A stretch of 64,000 nucleotides of DNA from Betaproteobacteria bacterium (lineage in GTDB: Bacteria; Pseudomonadota; Gammaproteobacteria; Burkholderiales; SG8-39), in assembly GCA_004297625.1 (NCBI GenBank), contig SCTY01000056.1:71843-135842 (forward strand). Reading direction: 5' to 3'. How positions within the stretch are numbered: position 1 is the stretch's first letter; every line of letters starts with the position of its first letter. The translations under genes and the position numbers were made by a program. This document shows, piece by piece, positions 51,923 through 61,207 of the stretch. A model generated the notes under the pieces. The model worked only from the letters and a program-made list of their open reading frames with translations, did no database searches and was not told where the DNA came from.

Positions 51923-52812
51923 TTCAACGCGTGGAGGGCGAAGAGCCCTCTGCGGTCCAGCCAGACTTTGTTCGGCGCAAATCCCGCGCGCATTGCCAGC
52001 GCGCGAAATCCTTCGATCGAGTACTTGTAGGAATTTTCGGTGTGTATCGACTCGCCCGCGTCGAAGGCGAAGCGATGCCGGCCGATGCGCACGCTCTGGC
52101 GCGCGAGCGACACCAGGTGCATCTCGATACGCCCCAGCGGAGCGTTGTAGAAGGCGTAGTGCGCGAACCGGTCGAGGTCGAAATCCGCGCCCAGCTCGCG
52201 GTTGATGCGCGCGAGCAGGTTGAGATTGAAGGCGGCAGTCACGCCCCGCGAGTCGTTGTACGCCGCGTGCAGGACATTCGCGTCCTTCCGGAGATCGACG
52301 CCGACGAGCATGCGCGTCGCCTGGCCGCGCGTCATGGAAAGGAACGCGTGCGCTTCCTCGGGCGTCAGGTTGCCGATCGTCGAGCCCGGAAAGTAAACCA
52401 CGCGGCGCGACCGGGACGCGGGCAGCTCGATCGGGCGCGAAAAATCGCCGTTTACCGTGACGATGTGCAGCCAAGGGAATTCGCGCGCCAGGCGGCGCTG
52501 GGCTGCGCGCAGCGCGGACTCCGAGATGTCCACCGGAAGATAGGCCGAGGGCCGCAGCGCGCGGATGAGCAGCCGCGTCTTCAGGCTTTCGCCGCTGCCG
52601 TATTCGACGAGCTCGCAGCCCTTTCCCGCGAAGCGGGCGATCGACGCGAGGTGCGCGCGCGTGAGCGAGAGCTCGGCGCGCGTCAGGTAGTACTCGGGCA
52701 GCCGGCAGATGCGCTCGAAAAGGCGGCTGCCCGCGCCATCGTAGAAGTACTTCGGCGGCAGCGTCTTTTGCGGCAGCGACAGCCCCGCGATGACATCTTC
52801 CCTAAGCGACAC
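51919..52812 (-). CDS. egtD: EgtD-like L-histidine N-alpha-methyltransferase
   Basis: 297 aa. It is colinear, from my recall of M. smegmatis EgtD, at KYFYD, LPEYYLTR, VEYGSG, GSTIGN, GVTAAFNLN and TENSYKY. Confidence 0.8.
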   Translation of the reverse strand: MSLREDVIAGLSLPQKTLPPKYFYDGAGSRLFERICRLPEYYLTRAELSLTRAHLASIARFAGKGCELVEYGSGESLKTRLLIRALRPSAYLPVDISESALRAAQRRLAREFPWLHIVTVNGDFSRPIELPASRSRRVVYFPGSTIGNLTPEEAHAFLSMTRGQATRMLVGVDLRKDANVLHAAYNDSRGVTAAFNLNLLARINRELGADFDLDRFAHYAFYNAPLGRIEMHLVSLARQSVRIGRHRFAFDAGESIHTENSYKYSIEGFRALAMRAGFAPNKVWLDRRGLFALHALN

Positions 52813-53593
52813 CGATTCGGGATGCCGGCTGATGCCCGATCTCGCGCGAGATGCGATCGGCGGTTTCCTTGATGAGCGGCCCCCACTGCGGCTTCATGCG
52901 CTCGGCCGGGCACGAGAGCGACAGCGCGGCCACCAGCGCGCCGCTGTCGTCGCGGATTCCGGCGGCGACGCAGCGCACGCCCACCTCGACCTCCTCGTTG
53001 TCGGTGGCCCAGCCCTGGCGCTGCGTGCGGTCGAGCTCGCGCTCGAGAGCGGCGACGGCCGCGATGCTGTTTTTCGTCCTGGGCGCGAGGCCGGTGCGCC
53101 TCGCGTAATCGCGCAGCCGCGTGAAGCCCTCCTCGAGCAGGAACAACTTCCCGGCGGCGGTGACGTGCAGCGGGGCGCGCGCGCCGATCACGTGCACCAC
53201 GCGCATCGCCGAGCGCCCGGAAGCGGTGCGCTCGACGTACACGATCTCGTCGTCATGCCGCACCGAGAGGTTGACCGTCTCGCCGGTGTGCGCGTGCAGC
53301 TCGCGCATGAGCGGCAGGGCGAGCTCGCGCACGCTGATGCGCGACTTCACCAGATTGCCGAGCTCGAGCAGCCGCATGCCCAGGCGATAGGAGCCGGGCT
53401 CGACCCGGTCGACCAGCCGATCCGCGGACATTGCGGCGAGGATGCGGTGCGCGGTGGAGGGATGCAGCCCCGTGTACTGGGAAATCTGCTTCAGCCCGAG
53501 CGGCTCGGGGTGCTTTTCCAGCACGTCGAGCAGCCGCATCATGCGCTCGACGACCTGGATGGGATTCTTCTGCTCGTCCTTGGCGGCGCTCAT
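52802..53593 (-). CDS. IclR family transcriptional regulator
   Basis: The HTH is LGLKQISQYTGLHPSTAHRIL, followed by an IclR effector domain. I chose ATG 53593 (MSAAKDEQ...). The longest ORF start (53623) would overlap the divergent gene's ATG and leave no promoter. The 3' end overlaps the egtD-like start by 11 nt. Confidence 0.85.
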   Translation of the reverse strand: MSAAKDEQKNPIQVVERMMRLLDVLEKHPEPLGLKQISQYTGLHPSTAHRILAAMSADRLVDRVEPGSYRLGMRLLELGNLVKSRISVRELALPLMRELHAHTGETVNLSVRHDDEIVYVERTASGRSAMRVVHVIGARAPLHVTAAGKLFLLEEGFTRLRDYARRTGLAPRTKNSIAAVAALERELDRTQRQGWATDNEEVEVGVRCVAAGIRDDSGALVAALSLSCPAERMKPQWGPLIKETADRISREIGHQPASRIGVA

Positions 53594-53603
53594 GCTTGCC
53601 GTC

Positions 53604-53613
53604 ATTGTAGAAT
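53604..53613. promoter_or_regulatory. second copy of ATTGTAGAAT: back-to-back overlapping -10 boxes (TACAAT on the minus strand, TAGAAT on the plus strand)
   Basis: TAGAAT lies 8 nt upstream of ATG 53622 (+). TACAAT lies 10 nt upstream of ATG 53593 (-). The 12-mer ATTGTAGAATGC is shared with 26203-26214. Confidence 0.4.
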
Positions 53614-53621
53614 GCTGCGCC

Positions 53622-54761
53622 ATGGCCGTGGTGACCTGCGTCGAGGATCTGCGCCAGATGTCGAAGAAGCGCGTGGCGCGCGCGATCTTCGAGTACGTCG
53701 ACTGCGGCTCCTACGATCAGTGCACGCTGCGCGCCAATCGGGCCGACCTCGAGAAAATCGCCCTGCGCCAGCGCGTGGGCATCGACGTCGATAATCGCTC
53801 CACCCGCTCGACGATGCTCGGCGAGCCGGTGACCATGCCGGTGGCGCTCGCGCCCACGGGGCTCACCGGGCTCAACTGGGCCGACGGCGAGGTCCTCGCG
53901 GCGCGCGCCGCCGAGCGCTTCGGCGTGCCCTTCACGCTGTCGACGATGTCCATCTGCTCCATCGAGGACGTCGCCGAGGCGGTCGAGAAGCCGTTCTGGT
54001 TCCAGCTCTACGTGATGCGCGACCGCGGCTTCGCGGCATCGCTCATCGAGCGCGCCAAGGCCGCGCGCTGCTCGGCGCTCATGCTGACGCTCGACCTGCA
54101 GATCCAGGGGCAGCGCCACCGCGACCTGAAAAACGGCCTTACCGTGCCGCCGCGGCTCACGCTCGCCACGGCGCTCGACGTGCTCTCCAAGCCCTCGTGG
54201 GCGCTCAACGTGCTGCGCTCCAAGCGCCGCTCCTTCGGCAACCTCGAGGGCCGCATTCCGAACGCAGACAACCTCACGACGCTCTCGCACTGGATCGCCG
54301 GCCAGTTCGACCCGACGCTCTCCTGGAAAGACGTCGAGTGGGTGAAGAAGCTCTGGGGCGGGAAGCTCGTTCTCAAGGGCATCCTCGACGCGGCGGACGC
54401 GAAGATCGCGGCCGACAGCGGCGTCGATGCCATCGTGGTCTCCAATCATGGCGGCCGCCAGCTCGACGGCGCCATGTCGTCGATCCGCGCGCTCCCGGAA
54501 GTGGTCGAGGCGGCCGGGGGGAAATACGAGGTGTGGTTCGACGGCGGCATCCGCAGCGGCCAGGACGTGCTCAAGGCCCTCGGCCTTGGCGCAAACGCCA
54601 CGCTCATCGGCCGCGCCTTCCTCTACGGCCTGGGCGCGATGGGCGAGGCCGGGGTGAGACAAGTGCTGGAGATCATCCAGCGCGAGCTCGACGTCAGCAT
54701 GGCCCTGTGCGGCCTGCGCGACGTGCGCGACGCGAATCCCTCGATCCTGCGGCCGCTCTGA
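53622..54761 (+). CDS. FMN-dependent alpha-hydroxy acid dehydrogenase/oxidase (L-lactate dehydrogenase LldD-like)
   Basis: 379 aa from ATG 53622. The N-terminal ..DLR..A.KR....FEYVD.GS pattern is present, along with the motifs WFQLY, SNHGGRQLD and GGIRSG. Confidence 0.9.
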   Translation: MAVVTCVEDLRQMSKKRVARAIFEYVDCGSYDQCTLRANRADLEKIALRQRVGIDVDNRSTRSTMLGEPVTMPVALAPTGLTGLNWADGEVLAARAAERFGVPFTLSTMSICSIEDVAEAVEKPFWFQLYVMRDRGFAASLIERAKAARCSALMLTLDLQIQGQRHRDLKNGLTVPPRLTLATALDVLSKPSWALNVLRSKRRSFGNLEGRIPNADNLTTLSHWIAGQFDPTLSWKDVEWVKKLWGGKLVLKGILDAADAKIAADSGVDAIVVSNHGGRQLDGAMSSIRALPEVVEAAGGKYEVWFDGGIRSGQDVLKALGLGANATLIGRAFLYGLGAMGEAGVRQVLEIIQRELDVSMALCGLRDVRDANPSILRPL

Positions 54762-54838
54762 GCCACCCGTTTTTGCGCTAAAGCCCGCCAGGGCTTATCC
54801 TGCGCACGCAGCGACAAAAGAAGAAGCAGAAGAAGAAT

Positions 54839-56341
54839 ATGAAGTGGAAGCGCTTCGCGTGCACGCTCGCCGCTCTGGCGTGGGCCACCTTTACTTCCGT
54901 AGGTCTCGCGGAAACGTCGCTCTATGAACGTAGTTCGCGCGAAGGCCTGCGCGAGCTGCGGCGCGGCAACTACCCCGACGCGGTGCGAAACCTGGAGGCG
55001 GCAGCGCGCGCGGCGCAGTCCTTCGGCGGGGGTGATGCGCGCTATTCCGAGGCCTCAGCCAGCCTCGCTCAGGCTTACTTCGCGCAGGGGCGCTACCGCG
55101 AGGCCGAGGTGTATTACCGCCGCGCGCTCGCCGCGACCGAGAAGCGCTTGCCTCCCGAGCACCCGGAGGTCGCCACCGCGGTCAGCAATCTCGCCGAGCT
55201 GTATCGTTACCTCGGGCGCACGGAGGACGCGGCGCCGTTGCACCGGCGCGCGCTGCGCATACGCGAGAGCAACTACGGCACCGAGCATCTGTCGGTCGCA
55301 GAAAGCCTTTACTACCTCGCCGAAGTCCTGCGCGCGCAGCGGCGCTACGCCGAGGCCGAGCGGCTTTACTGGCGCTCGGTGATGGTCCGCAGCTACCTGC
55401 AGGGGCGCGATTCGCCCGCGCTGTGGCCCTCGCTCAACGGGCTCGCGGAGGTGAACCGGGCGCTCGGCCGCGCGTCAGAAGCCGGCGAGCTCTACCGGCG
55501 TGCGACGGCGCTCGCCGAGAAAGCGCTTCCCGCCGCACGCCTGCGTACTCCGCTGCAGGACTTCGCGCTCGGCGACACCGAAATGATCGCCACCTCGCGC
55601 GGCAACAGCGCTTCGCTCCAGCTCATGCCGGTCACGCCGCTTTCGGATCGCGAGCGGCTGCTTGCCGCCGAGCATCCGGACCTCGCGCGGCAGCTCGAGG
55701 GGCTCGCCGACGTGTACGCCGCGCAGGGCCGCTTCGCCGCCGCGCTCGAGCTGGTGCGCCGCGTGCTCAGCATGCGCGAGGGCGCGCTTGGCGCGCAGCA
55801 TCCCGAGGTCGCGGAGGCCTATGGCAGCCTTGCGCGCGTGCTCGCCGCCCTCGGGCAGCGCGACGCCGCCCTGACCGCCGCGCGCGCCGCGACGCGCCAG
55901 CTTTCGAGGCAGGCCGAAAAGCGCCGCTGGCAGGACAACTTCGTATTGCATGTCGCGCTGCTTGCCGAGCGCGCGGGCGCCGATCGCGCGGCGCTCGCCG
56001 AATCGTTCTACGCCGTGCAGCAGCTTGCGCGCCTGCCGTACGCGCTCGAGCTTTTCGAAGCGCAGAAGCTGATACGACCGGGGGAGACGCTGCTCGCCAC
56101 GCTCGCCACCGACGAGGCGGTGTACGCCTGGGTCGTGCATTCGCGCGACGCCGTGTTCCTGCAGGACGAGGCGGACGAGAAGCTGCGCGCGCGCCTCGCG
56201 CCGCTGCTCGAGGGCTCCAAGCGCGTGCTTTTCGTCGCCCACGGGGAACGCCAGGCGCTCCGGCCGGCGCTGCTAGCGAAGAGTCACGCGCTGACCGTGC
56301 TGCCCGCGGTCGGCTACCTCGCCGAGCGGCCGCCGCGCTGA
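54839..56341 (+). CDS. secreted TPR-repeat protein with a short CHAT-like C-terminal remnant
   Basis: 500 aa with a signal peptide (MKWKRFACTLAALAWATFTSVGLA). It has several TPR_10/12-like repeats (A.SL..LA.LY...GRY.EAE.LY.RAL). The C-terminal ..AWVVHSRDAVFL....RVLFVAHGERQALRPALL resembles the start of a CHAT domain but ends before any catalytic His/Cys. Confidence 0.75.
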   Translation: MKWKRFACTLAALAWATFTSVGLAETSLYERSSREGLRELRRGNYPDAVRNLEAAARAAQSFGGGDARYSEASASLAQAYFAQGRYREAEVYYRRALAATEKRLPPEHPEVATAVSNLAELYRYLGRTEDAAPLHRRALRIRESNYGTEHLSVAESLYYLAEVLRAQRRYAEAERLYWRSVMVRSYLQGRDSPALWPSLNGLAEVNRALGRASEAGELYRRATALAEKALPAARLRTPLQDFALGDTEMIATSRGNSASLQLMPVTPLSDRERLLAAEHPDLARQLEGLADVYAAQGRFAAALELVRRVLSMREGALGAQHPEVAEAYGSLARVLAALGQRDAALTAARAATRQLSRQAEKRRWQDNFVLHVALLAERAGADRAALAESFYAVQQLARLPYALELFEAQKLIRPGETLLATLATDEAVYAWVVHSRDAVFLQDEADEKLRARLAPLLEGSKRVLFVAHGERQALRPALLAKSHALTVLPAVGYLAERPPR

Positions 56342-58125
56342 GGGCCGGCGCGGCGCTCGGCGCGCAGCGCGAAGCGCTGCGGCGCGAGCGCCTCGACCAG
56401 CGCGCCTTCGAGCGGCAAAGGCTCGCCTTCGAGCCCGGCGGCAATGAGCTCTGCGGCGAGCGCGCCCCAGAGCAGCCCGCGAGAGCCGAAGGCGAACGCG
56501 CCATGGCAACCGTCGCCCAGCTTGCCAGCCACTGGAATGCGGTCGGGCACCACCGCGCGAAAGCCGACGCGCCCCTCGAGCGCCTGCTCGGGCGCCGGAA
56601 TGCTCAGGATTCGAGCGAGCCGCTCCAGGTTGCCGCGCTGGCTTTCCGCGCGCAGCGACGCGTCGTCGTCATCGAGATCGAAGGACGCGCCCACCAGGCA
56701 AATGCCGTCGAGCGCCGGCAGCACGAGCCCGCCGCGCAGCACGCAGACGTGCGGCGGCTCGATCGCCTCGGCCGGCACATGGGTGACCTGACCGCGCACC
56801 CGCCTCAGCCGAAGATGCGGCACCGGACACATCTTCGGCGCTCCGAACGAATTGGCGAGGATCACTACGGGAGCCTCGGCCTCTTCGAGCGAGCGCAGCT
56901 CATGGCCGAAGCGCCGCTCGAGGCGCGCGCCGCACGCGTCGAGCTCGGCTTCTGCCAGCGAGCGCGGCTGCACCCAGCCGCCTTGCGGAAACCACAAGCC
57001 CTCGCCGCTCACCGGCACGCCGGCGTGCGCGCTCGCTTCCTCGCGCGTCACGTACTGCGCGTATTGGGCTGGCAGCGCGAGCGCGGCAAGCGCTTTCTGC
57101 TGCGACGCCTGCTCTCTCGCGTCGCGCGCGAGCTGCAGCACCCCGCACGGGTCCCAGCGCAGCCGCTCGAAGCGCGGCCAGCGGTTAAGGCAGAGCAGGA
57201 ACGCCGCGCGCGTAAGGCGCGCGAAGAGGCTGTCGTCCGGCGTGACGATCGGATGAAAAGTGCCCGCGTGGTTTCCCGAGGCCTCCTGCGCCGGCGCCGC
57301 GTGGCGCTCGAAGAGCCTCACGCGCCAGCCGCGCGCGCACAGGCGCTCGCACAGCGCCGCGCCGGCGAGTCCTGCGCCGACGACCGCCGCGGTTCTTTCT
57401 CTCGGGTAAATGACTTCGTTTCCGGCCTTTACGTACTGCGCGCGCAGCATTTCCTTCTTGTCGCCGAAGCCGGGCCGCTTTTCCGCGGCAAAGCCGGTCG
57501 CCTCGAGCGCGGCGCGCACCTCGGAGGCCACGCTCCAGGTCGCCGCGGTCGCGCCGGGCGCGGCGAGCCGCGAGAGCGCGCGCATCAGCGCGTGCGACCA
57601 CATGTCGGGATTCTTCGCCGGCGCGAACCCATCGAGGTAGAAGGCGTCGGCAGCGAGCCGCAGGTCGCGCGCGATCTTGATGTCGCCGAAAAACAGGCTC
57701 AAGACGACCTTTCCGCCATCGAGCTCGATGCGATGCGCGCCGGGAACGAGCATCGGCCAGCTCGCTTCGAGCTCCGCCGATTCGGTTTTCAGGTCTGAAT
57801 TTCTGGAAAAAATTTCCTTCAGGTCGGCAAGACGGAAGGGATGCTTTTCGATCGAGACGAAATGCAGCCGCGCGCAGCGCCGCGGGTCCTGACGCCAGGC
57901 TTGCCACGTGGCGAGGAAGTTGATGCCCGCACCGAAGCCCGTCTCGAGAATCACGAAGCGCTCGCGCCCCGCCCAGCGCGCAGGCAGGCCGTTTCCCGCG
58001 AGGAACACGTGCCGCGCCTGTGCCGGTCCGCCGGCGGCGCTGTGATAGACGTCGCCGAACGCTTCCGAATACGGCACGCCCTGCTCGGTGAAGGCGAGCC
58101 GCGCCGCGACAAGGGGTTCCGCCAT
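56314..58125 (-). CDS. mnmC: bifunctional tRNA (mnm5s2U34) methyltransferase / FAD-dependent cmnm5s2U34 oxidoreductase
   Basis: 603 aa from ATG 58125 (MAEPLVAARLAFTEQGVPYSEAFGDVYHS...). It has an N-terminal MnmD domain (ILETGFGAGINF) and a C-terminal DAO domain (VVGAGLAGA). Confidence 0.9.
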   Translation of the reverse strand: MAEPLVAARLAFTEQGVPYSEAFGDVYHSAAGGPAQARHVFLAGNGLPARWAGRERFVILETGFGAGINFLATWQAWRQDPRRCARLHFVSIEKHPFRLADLKEIFSRNSDLKTESAELEASWPMLVPGAHRIELDGGKVVLSLFFGDIKIARDLRLAADAFYLDGFAPAKNPDMWSHALMRALSRLAAPGATAATWSVASEVRAALEATGFAAEKRPGFGDKKEMLRAQYVKAGNEVIYPRERTAAVVGAGLAGAALCERLCARGWRVRLFERHAAPAQEASGNHAGTFHPIVTPDDSLFARLTRAAFLLCLNRWPRFERLRWDPCGVLQLARDAREQASQQKALAALALPAQYAQYVTREEASAHAGVPVSGEGLWFPQGGWVQPRSLAEAELDACGARLERRFGHELRSLEEAEAPVVILANSFGAPKMCPVPHLRLRRVRGQVTHVPAEAIEPPHVCVLRGGLVLPALDGICLVGASFDLDDDDASLRAESQRGNLERLARILSIPAPEQALEGRVGFRAVVPDRIPVAGKLGDGCHGAFAFGSRGLLWGALAAELIAAGLEGEPLPLEGALVEALAPQRFALRAERRAGPQRGGRSAR

Positions 58126-58131
58126 GCACCT

Positions 58132-58137
58132 ATTGTG
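58132..58137 (-). promoter_or_regulatory. -10-like hexamer CACAAT exactly 6 nt upstream of the mnmC ATG
   Basis: The minus strand reads CACAAT AGGTGC ATG. No Shine-Dalgarno sequence is present. Confidence 0.3.
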
Positions 58138-58223
58138 ACCCGTTGACCGATTGACGAGGATCAAACAGCGCGGGCGGGCAGGGTTATAGCCTGAGCCATC
58201 GCCCGTGCGGGGAGGGCACCGAG

Positions 58224-58553
58224 ATGGACATCTCGATCATTTCCATCCTCATCGTAGCGCTGCTCGCCCTGATGGCCGCCGCCGCGTCGCCCGCGATCTT
58301 TACCCTGTGGCGCAAGGGCGTCTCCGCGCGAACCGAGCTCGAGCTCTGGAGCGTCATGCAGCGCCGCGGGCTCGATCTCGCCGACACCGCCGGCAGGGAA
58401 CGCGAGCTCGGCGTTGCGGCCAGCCTGTGCGTCACGTGCCCCAGCCTCGAAGCGTGCCGCGACTGGCTCGCCAGGGAAAAGCCGGACGGGCTGGACGCGT
58501 TCTGTCCCAACGCGGCCTTCATCGCGAGCCTGGCACAAGCCCACGGCCAGTAG
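58224..58553 (+). CDS. small membrane-anchored Cys-rich protein (possibly DUF6455-like)
   Basis: 109 aa. The RBS is GGGAGGG. It has one N-terminal TM helix and the CVTCPSLEACRDWL motif. Confidence 0.55.
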   Translation: MDISIISILIVALLALMAAAASPAIFTLWRKGVSARTELELWSVMQRRGLDLADTAGRERELGVAASLCVTCPSLEACRDWLAREKPDGLDAFCPNAAFIASLAQAHGQ

Positions 58554-58565
58554 CGTTTAGGAGAA

Positions 58566-58600
58566 AAGACGCCGGCGCGAGCGCGCTTTCGCGGCGTCTT
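58566..58600 (+). terminator. GC-rich hairpin between the small Cys-rich gene and mmsA (weak terminator or attenuator candidate)
   Basis: The 9-bp outer stem is AAGACGCCG / CGGCGTCTT and encloses GC-rich inner pairing. The U-tract on the plus strand is poor. The A-tract before the stem would give a better U-tract on the minus strand. Confidence 0.3.
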
Positions 58601-58637
58601 GGATTACAGTATCGCCCTCGCTCGCAGGAACCGTCCG

Positions 58638-60146
58638 ATGAACAAACCCGCTGACCTGAAGCTCGAAACCGTTCCCGTTTGGATCAATGGCAAGCCGCTC
58701 GCGCCCGCCGGGCGCTCGGGCGAAGTATTCAATCCGGCGACCGGCCAGGTCACCCGGCGCGTGCCTTTCTGCGACGCGAGCCTCGTCGACAAGGCGGTGA
58801 AGGCCGCCGCCGCGGCGCTGCCCGCCTGGCGCGACACGCCGCCGCTGCGGCGGGCGCGCGTACTGCAGAATTTTCTGGAGTTGCTCAAGAAGAATCAAAG
58901 GGCTCTGGGGACGATCGTCACCCAGGAGCACGGCAAGACGCTGCCCGACGCCATGGGCTCGGTGCAGCGCGGCATCGAGGTGGTGGAGTTTGCCTGCGGC
59001 ATTCCGCACCTGTTGAAAGGCGAGTACGCCGAGAACGCCGGCACCCAGGTGGACACGCACTCGCTGCGCCAGCCGGTCGGCGTGTGCGCCGGCATCACGC
59101 CGTTCAATTTCCCGGTGATGGTGCCGCTGTGGATGTTCCCCATGGCCATCGCCTGCGGGAATACCTTCGTTCTCAAGCCCTCCGAAAAAGTGCCGTCGGC
59201 GTCGATCCGCATGGCCGAGCTGTTCAAGGAAGCCGGCCTGCCCGACGGCGTATTCAACGTCGTGCACGGAGACAAGGAAGCGGTAGACGCTTTGCTCCTT
59301 CATGAAGGAATAAGTGCGGTTTCCTTCGTGGGCTCTACCCCGATCGCCAAATACATCTACGAGACGTGCGCGAAAACCGGCAAGCGGGTGCAGGCGCTCG
59401 GCGGAGCGAAGAACCATGCGGTGGTGCTGCCCGATGCAGACCTCGAGTTCGCGGCCGACGCGCTCACCGGCGCGGCGTACGGCTCGGCGGGGGAGCGCTG
59501 CATGGCGATTTCCGCCGTCGTGGCGGTGGGGGCGGCAGGCGACCCATTGGTTAATTTGCTGGAGCGCAAGGCAAAAGCGATCAAGGTGGGCGCCGGCCAT
59601 ACCGAAGGCGTGGACATGGGGCCGCTCGTCACCGGCCCGCACCGCGAGAAGGTCGCCGGCCATATCGAAGCGGGCGTGAAAGAAGGCGCGAAGCTCGTCG
59701 TCGATGGAAGGGCTTCGAGCGTGCCCAAGCAGGGGTTCTTCCTCGGCACGACGCTCTTCGATCACGTGACGCCCGAGATGAGCATCTACAGGGACGAGAT
59801 CTTCGGTCCCGTTCTGGTGGTTCTACGGGCGAGCACGCTGGAAGAAGCGATCGCCCTGGTGAATCGCAACCCATACGCCAACGGCACGGCCATCTTCACC
59901 GAATCGGGCGGCGCGGCGCGGCGCTTCGGGAACGAGATCCAGGTCGGCATGGTGGGCATCAACGTGCCGATCCCGGTGCCGGTTGCCTACTTTTCTTTCG
60001 GCGGCTGGAAGAACTCGCTTTTCGGCGACCTGCACGTGCACGGCGTCGAGGCCGTCAAGTTCTACACGCGCACCAAGGTGATCACCACGCGCTGGCCGCA
60101 CCAGGACACGCCGGCGCCCGGCTTCAACATGCCGACGCTGGGTTGA
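58638..60146 (+). CDS. mmsA: CoA-acylating methylmalonate-semialdehyde dehydrogenase
   Basis: 502 aa from ATG 58638. The catalytic Cys context is GERCMA rather than the usual aldehyde dehydrogenase sequence. It has the FPVMVPLWMFP motif and an MmsA-type C-terminus. Confidence 0.9.
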   Translation: MNKPADLKLETVPVWINGKPLAPAGRSGEVFNPATGQVTRRVPFCDASLVDKAVKAAAAALPAWRDTPPLRRARVLQNFLELLKKNQRALGTIVTQEHGKTLPDAMGSVQRGIEVVEFACGIPHLLKGEYAENAGTQVDTHSLRQPVGVCAGITPFNFPVMVPLWMFPMAIACGNTFVLKPSEKVPSASIRMAELFKEAGLPDGVFNVVHGDKEAVDALLLHEGISAVSFVGSTPIAKYIYETCAKTGKRVQALGGAKNHAVVLPDADLEFAADALTGAAYGSAGERCMAISAVVAVGAAGDPLVNLLERKAKAIKVGAGHTEGVDMGPLVTGPHREKVAGHIEAGVKEGAKLVVDGRASSVPKQGFFLGTTLFDHVTPEMSIYRDEIFGPVLVVLRASTLEEAIALVNRNPYANGTAIFTESGGAARRFGNEIQVGMVGINVPIPVPVAYFSFGGWKNSLFGDLHVHGVEAVKFYTRTKVITTRWPHQDTPAPGFNMPTLG

Positions 60147-61207
60147 AGCTCGCCGACTGGTCGCTGCATTTTTATTCGTTGCCTTACGGCCGCGAAGTCG
60201 TCTGGTCGAATGCCGTAGAAACTGCGGGGCTTTTCGCGCTGCTGCGGATTGTTTCCGACGATGGCTTTACGGGCATCGCCGAAGGCACGGTAAAGAGCAC
60301 GTGGTCGGCCGTGTCGCCGCGCTCGCTGCAGGCGGCGCTCGAGGACCTGATCCTTCCTTTGGTGAAGGAGGTCGACCTTGGCGATGCCGTCGCTTTATCG
60401 AGGCGTTTTTCGAGAATCCCCGAAAACCGTCTCGCCAAGGGCCTGGTCGACAACGCGTGCTGGACGCTGCGCGCCGCCGCGGCAAAAAAGCCGCTGTGGA
60501 AATTGCTGAACGGCAAGCCGGCGGTCGACACCTGCTGGACCGTCACGCGCGCCAAGCCTTCCGTCATGGCAAAGGAAGCCGCCGAATACTGCGGCCGCTA
60601 TGGCTTTCGCACGCTCAAGGTGAAAGGCGGGCAGGGCGTGAAAACCGATCTGGAGGCGCTCGCCGCCGTTCGAGCGGCGGTCGGTCCTTCGGTCGAGTTC
60701 TACGTCGACGCGAACAGCGCATATCCGCGCGAGGAGGCGCTCGACTATGTGCGCCGCATGGCCGAAGCGGGCGCGACTGTCGCGGAAGATCCTTGTCCGC
60801 TCGCTCCCGACGCCGCGTTCGAAGCGCTGCAGAGGGAGTGCGGCATCCCGATCCTCGTCGACGCTTCGTGCACCTCGGTGCGCGAGGCCGAGCTCTACGC
60901 CGCGCGCGGCGCGCGCGCCGTCTCGCTCAAGCCCGGACGCATCGGAATATCCGAGTCGCTGGCCATAAGAAAGCTTTTCGACAAGACGGCGTTGGGCATT
61001 TACGCCGAGAGCGCGCTTGGGACGCTCGTCAACGCGCAGCTGCCGGCGACGCTTGCCGCCGAGCAGAGCTTTTTCCTCATGATGAAGAACCAGGTCGTCG
61101 ACGCGCTGCCGCAGATCCGCGGCGGAAGGCTCGAGCTCCCGGACGAGCCGGATCTTTCGCGCCTCGTCGACTGGAACGCAGTGAAAGACAATTCATGCCA
61201 GCCTTGA
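60143..61207 (+). CDS. enolase-superfamily protein (mandelate racemase/muconate lactonizing enzyme family)
   Basis: 354 aa. The TTG start overlaps the mmsA stop. It has the KVKGG segment and a metal-ligand region (YVDANSAY, EDP). Confidence 0.85.
   Translation: MKLADWSLHFYSLPYGREVVWSNAVETAGLFALLRIVSDDGFTGIAEGTVKSTWSAVSPRSLQAALEDLILPLVKEVDLGDAVALSRRFSRIPENRLAKGLVDNACWTLRAAAAKKPLWKLLNGKPAVDTCWTVTRAKPSVMAKEAAEYCGRYGFRTLKVKGGQGVKTDLEALAAVRAAVGPSVEFYVDANSAYPREEALDYVRRMAEAGATVAEDPCPLAPDAAFEALQRECGIPILVDASCTSVREAELYAARGARAVSLKPGRIGISESLAIRKLFDKTALGIYAESALGTLVNAQLPATLAAEQSFFLMMKNQVVDALPQIRGGRLELPDEPDLSRLVDWNAVKDNSCQP

Noticed and set aside
53594-53623. Longest start of the IclR ORF at 53623, whose ATG would overlap the ATG of the divergent LldD-like gene in a CATG palindrome
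   Set aside because: This would leave no intergenic promoter at all. An internal ATG at 53593 preserves the full HTH domain and leaves the ATTGTAGAAT element intergenic. It is kept as an alternative only.
54818-54838. Purine-rich AAG/AAGAAG tract considered as a phase-variable simple sequence repeat
   Set aside because: It is short and imperfect (AAAAGAAGAAGCAGAAGAAGAAT) and lies upstream of the start codon. It more likely just provides an A/G-rich ribosome-binding region.
58143-58156. Direct repeat TTGACC-GA-TTGACG considered as -35 elements for the gene at 58224
   Set aside because: No -10-like hexamer lies at a 16-19 bp spacing. The nearest candidate, TATAGC at 58185, is about 28 bp away.
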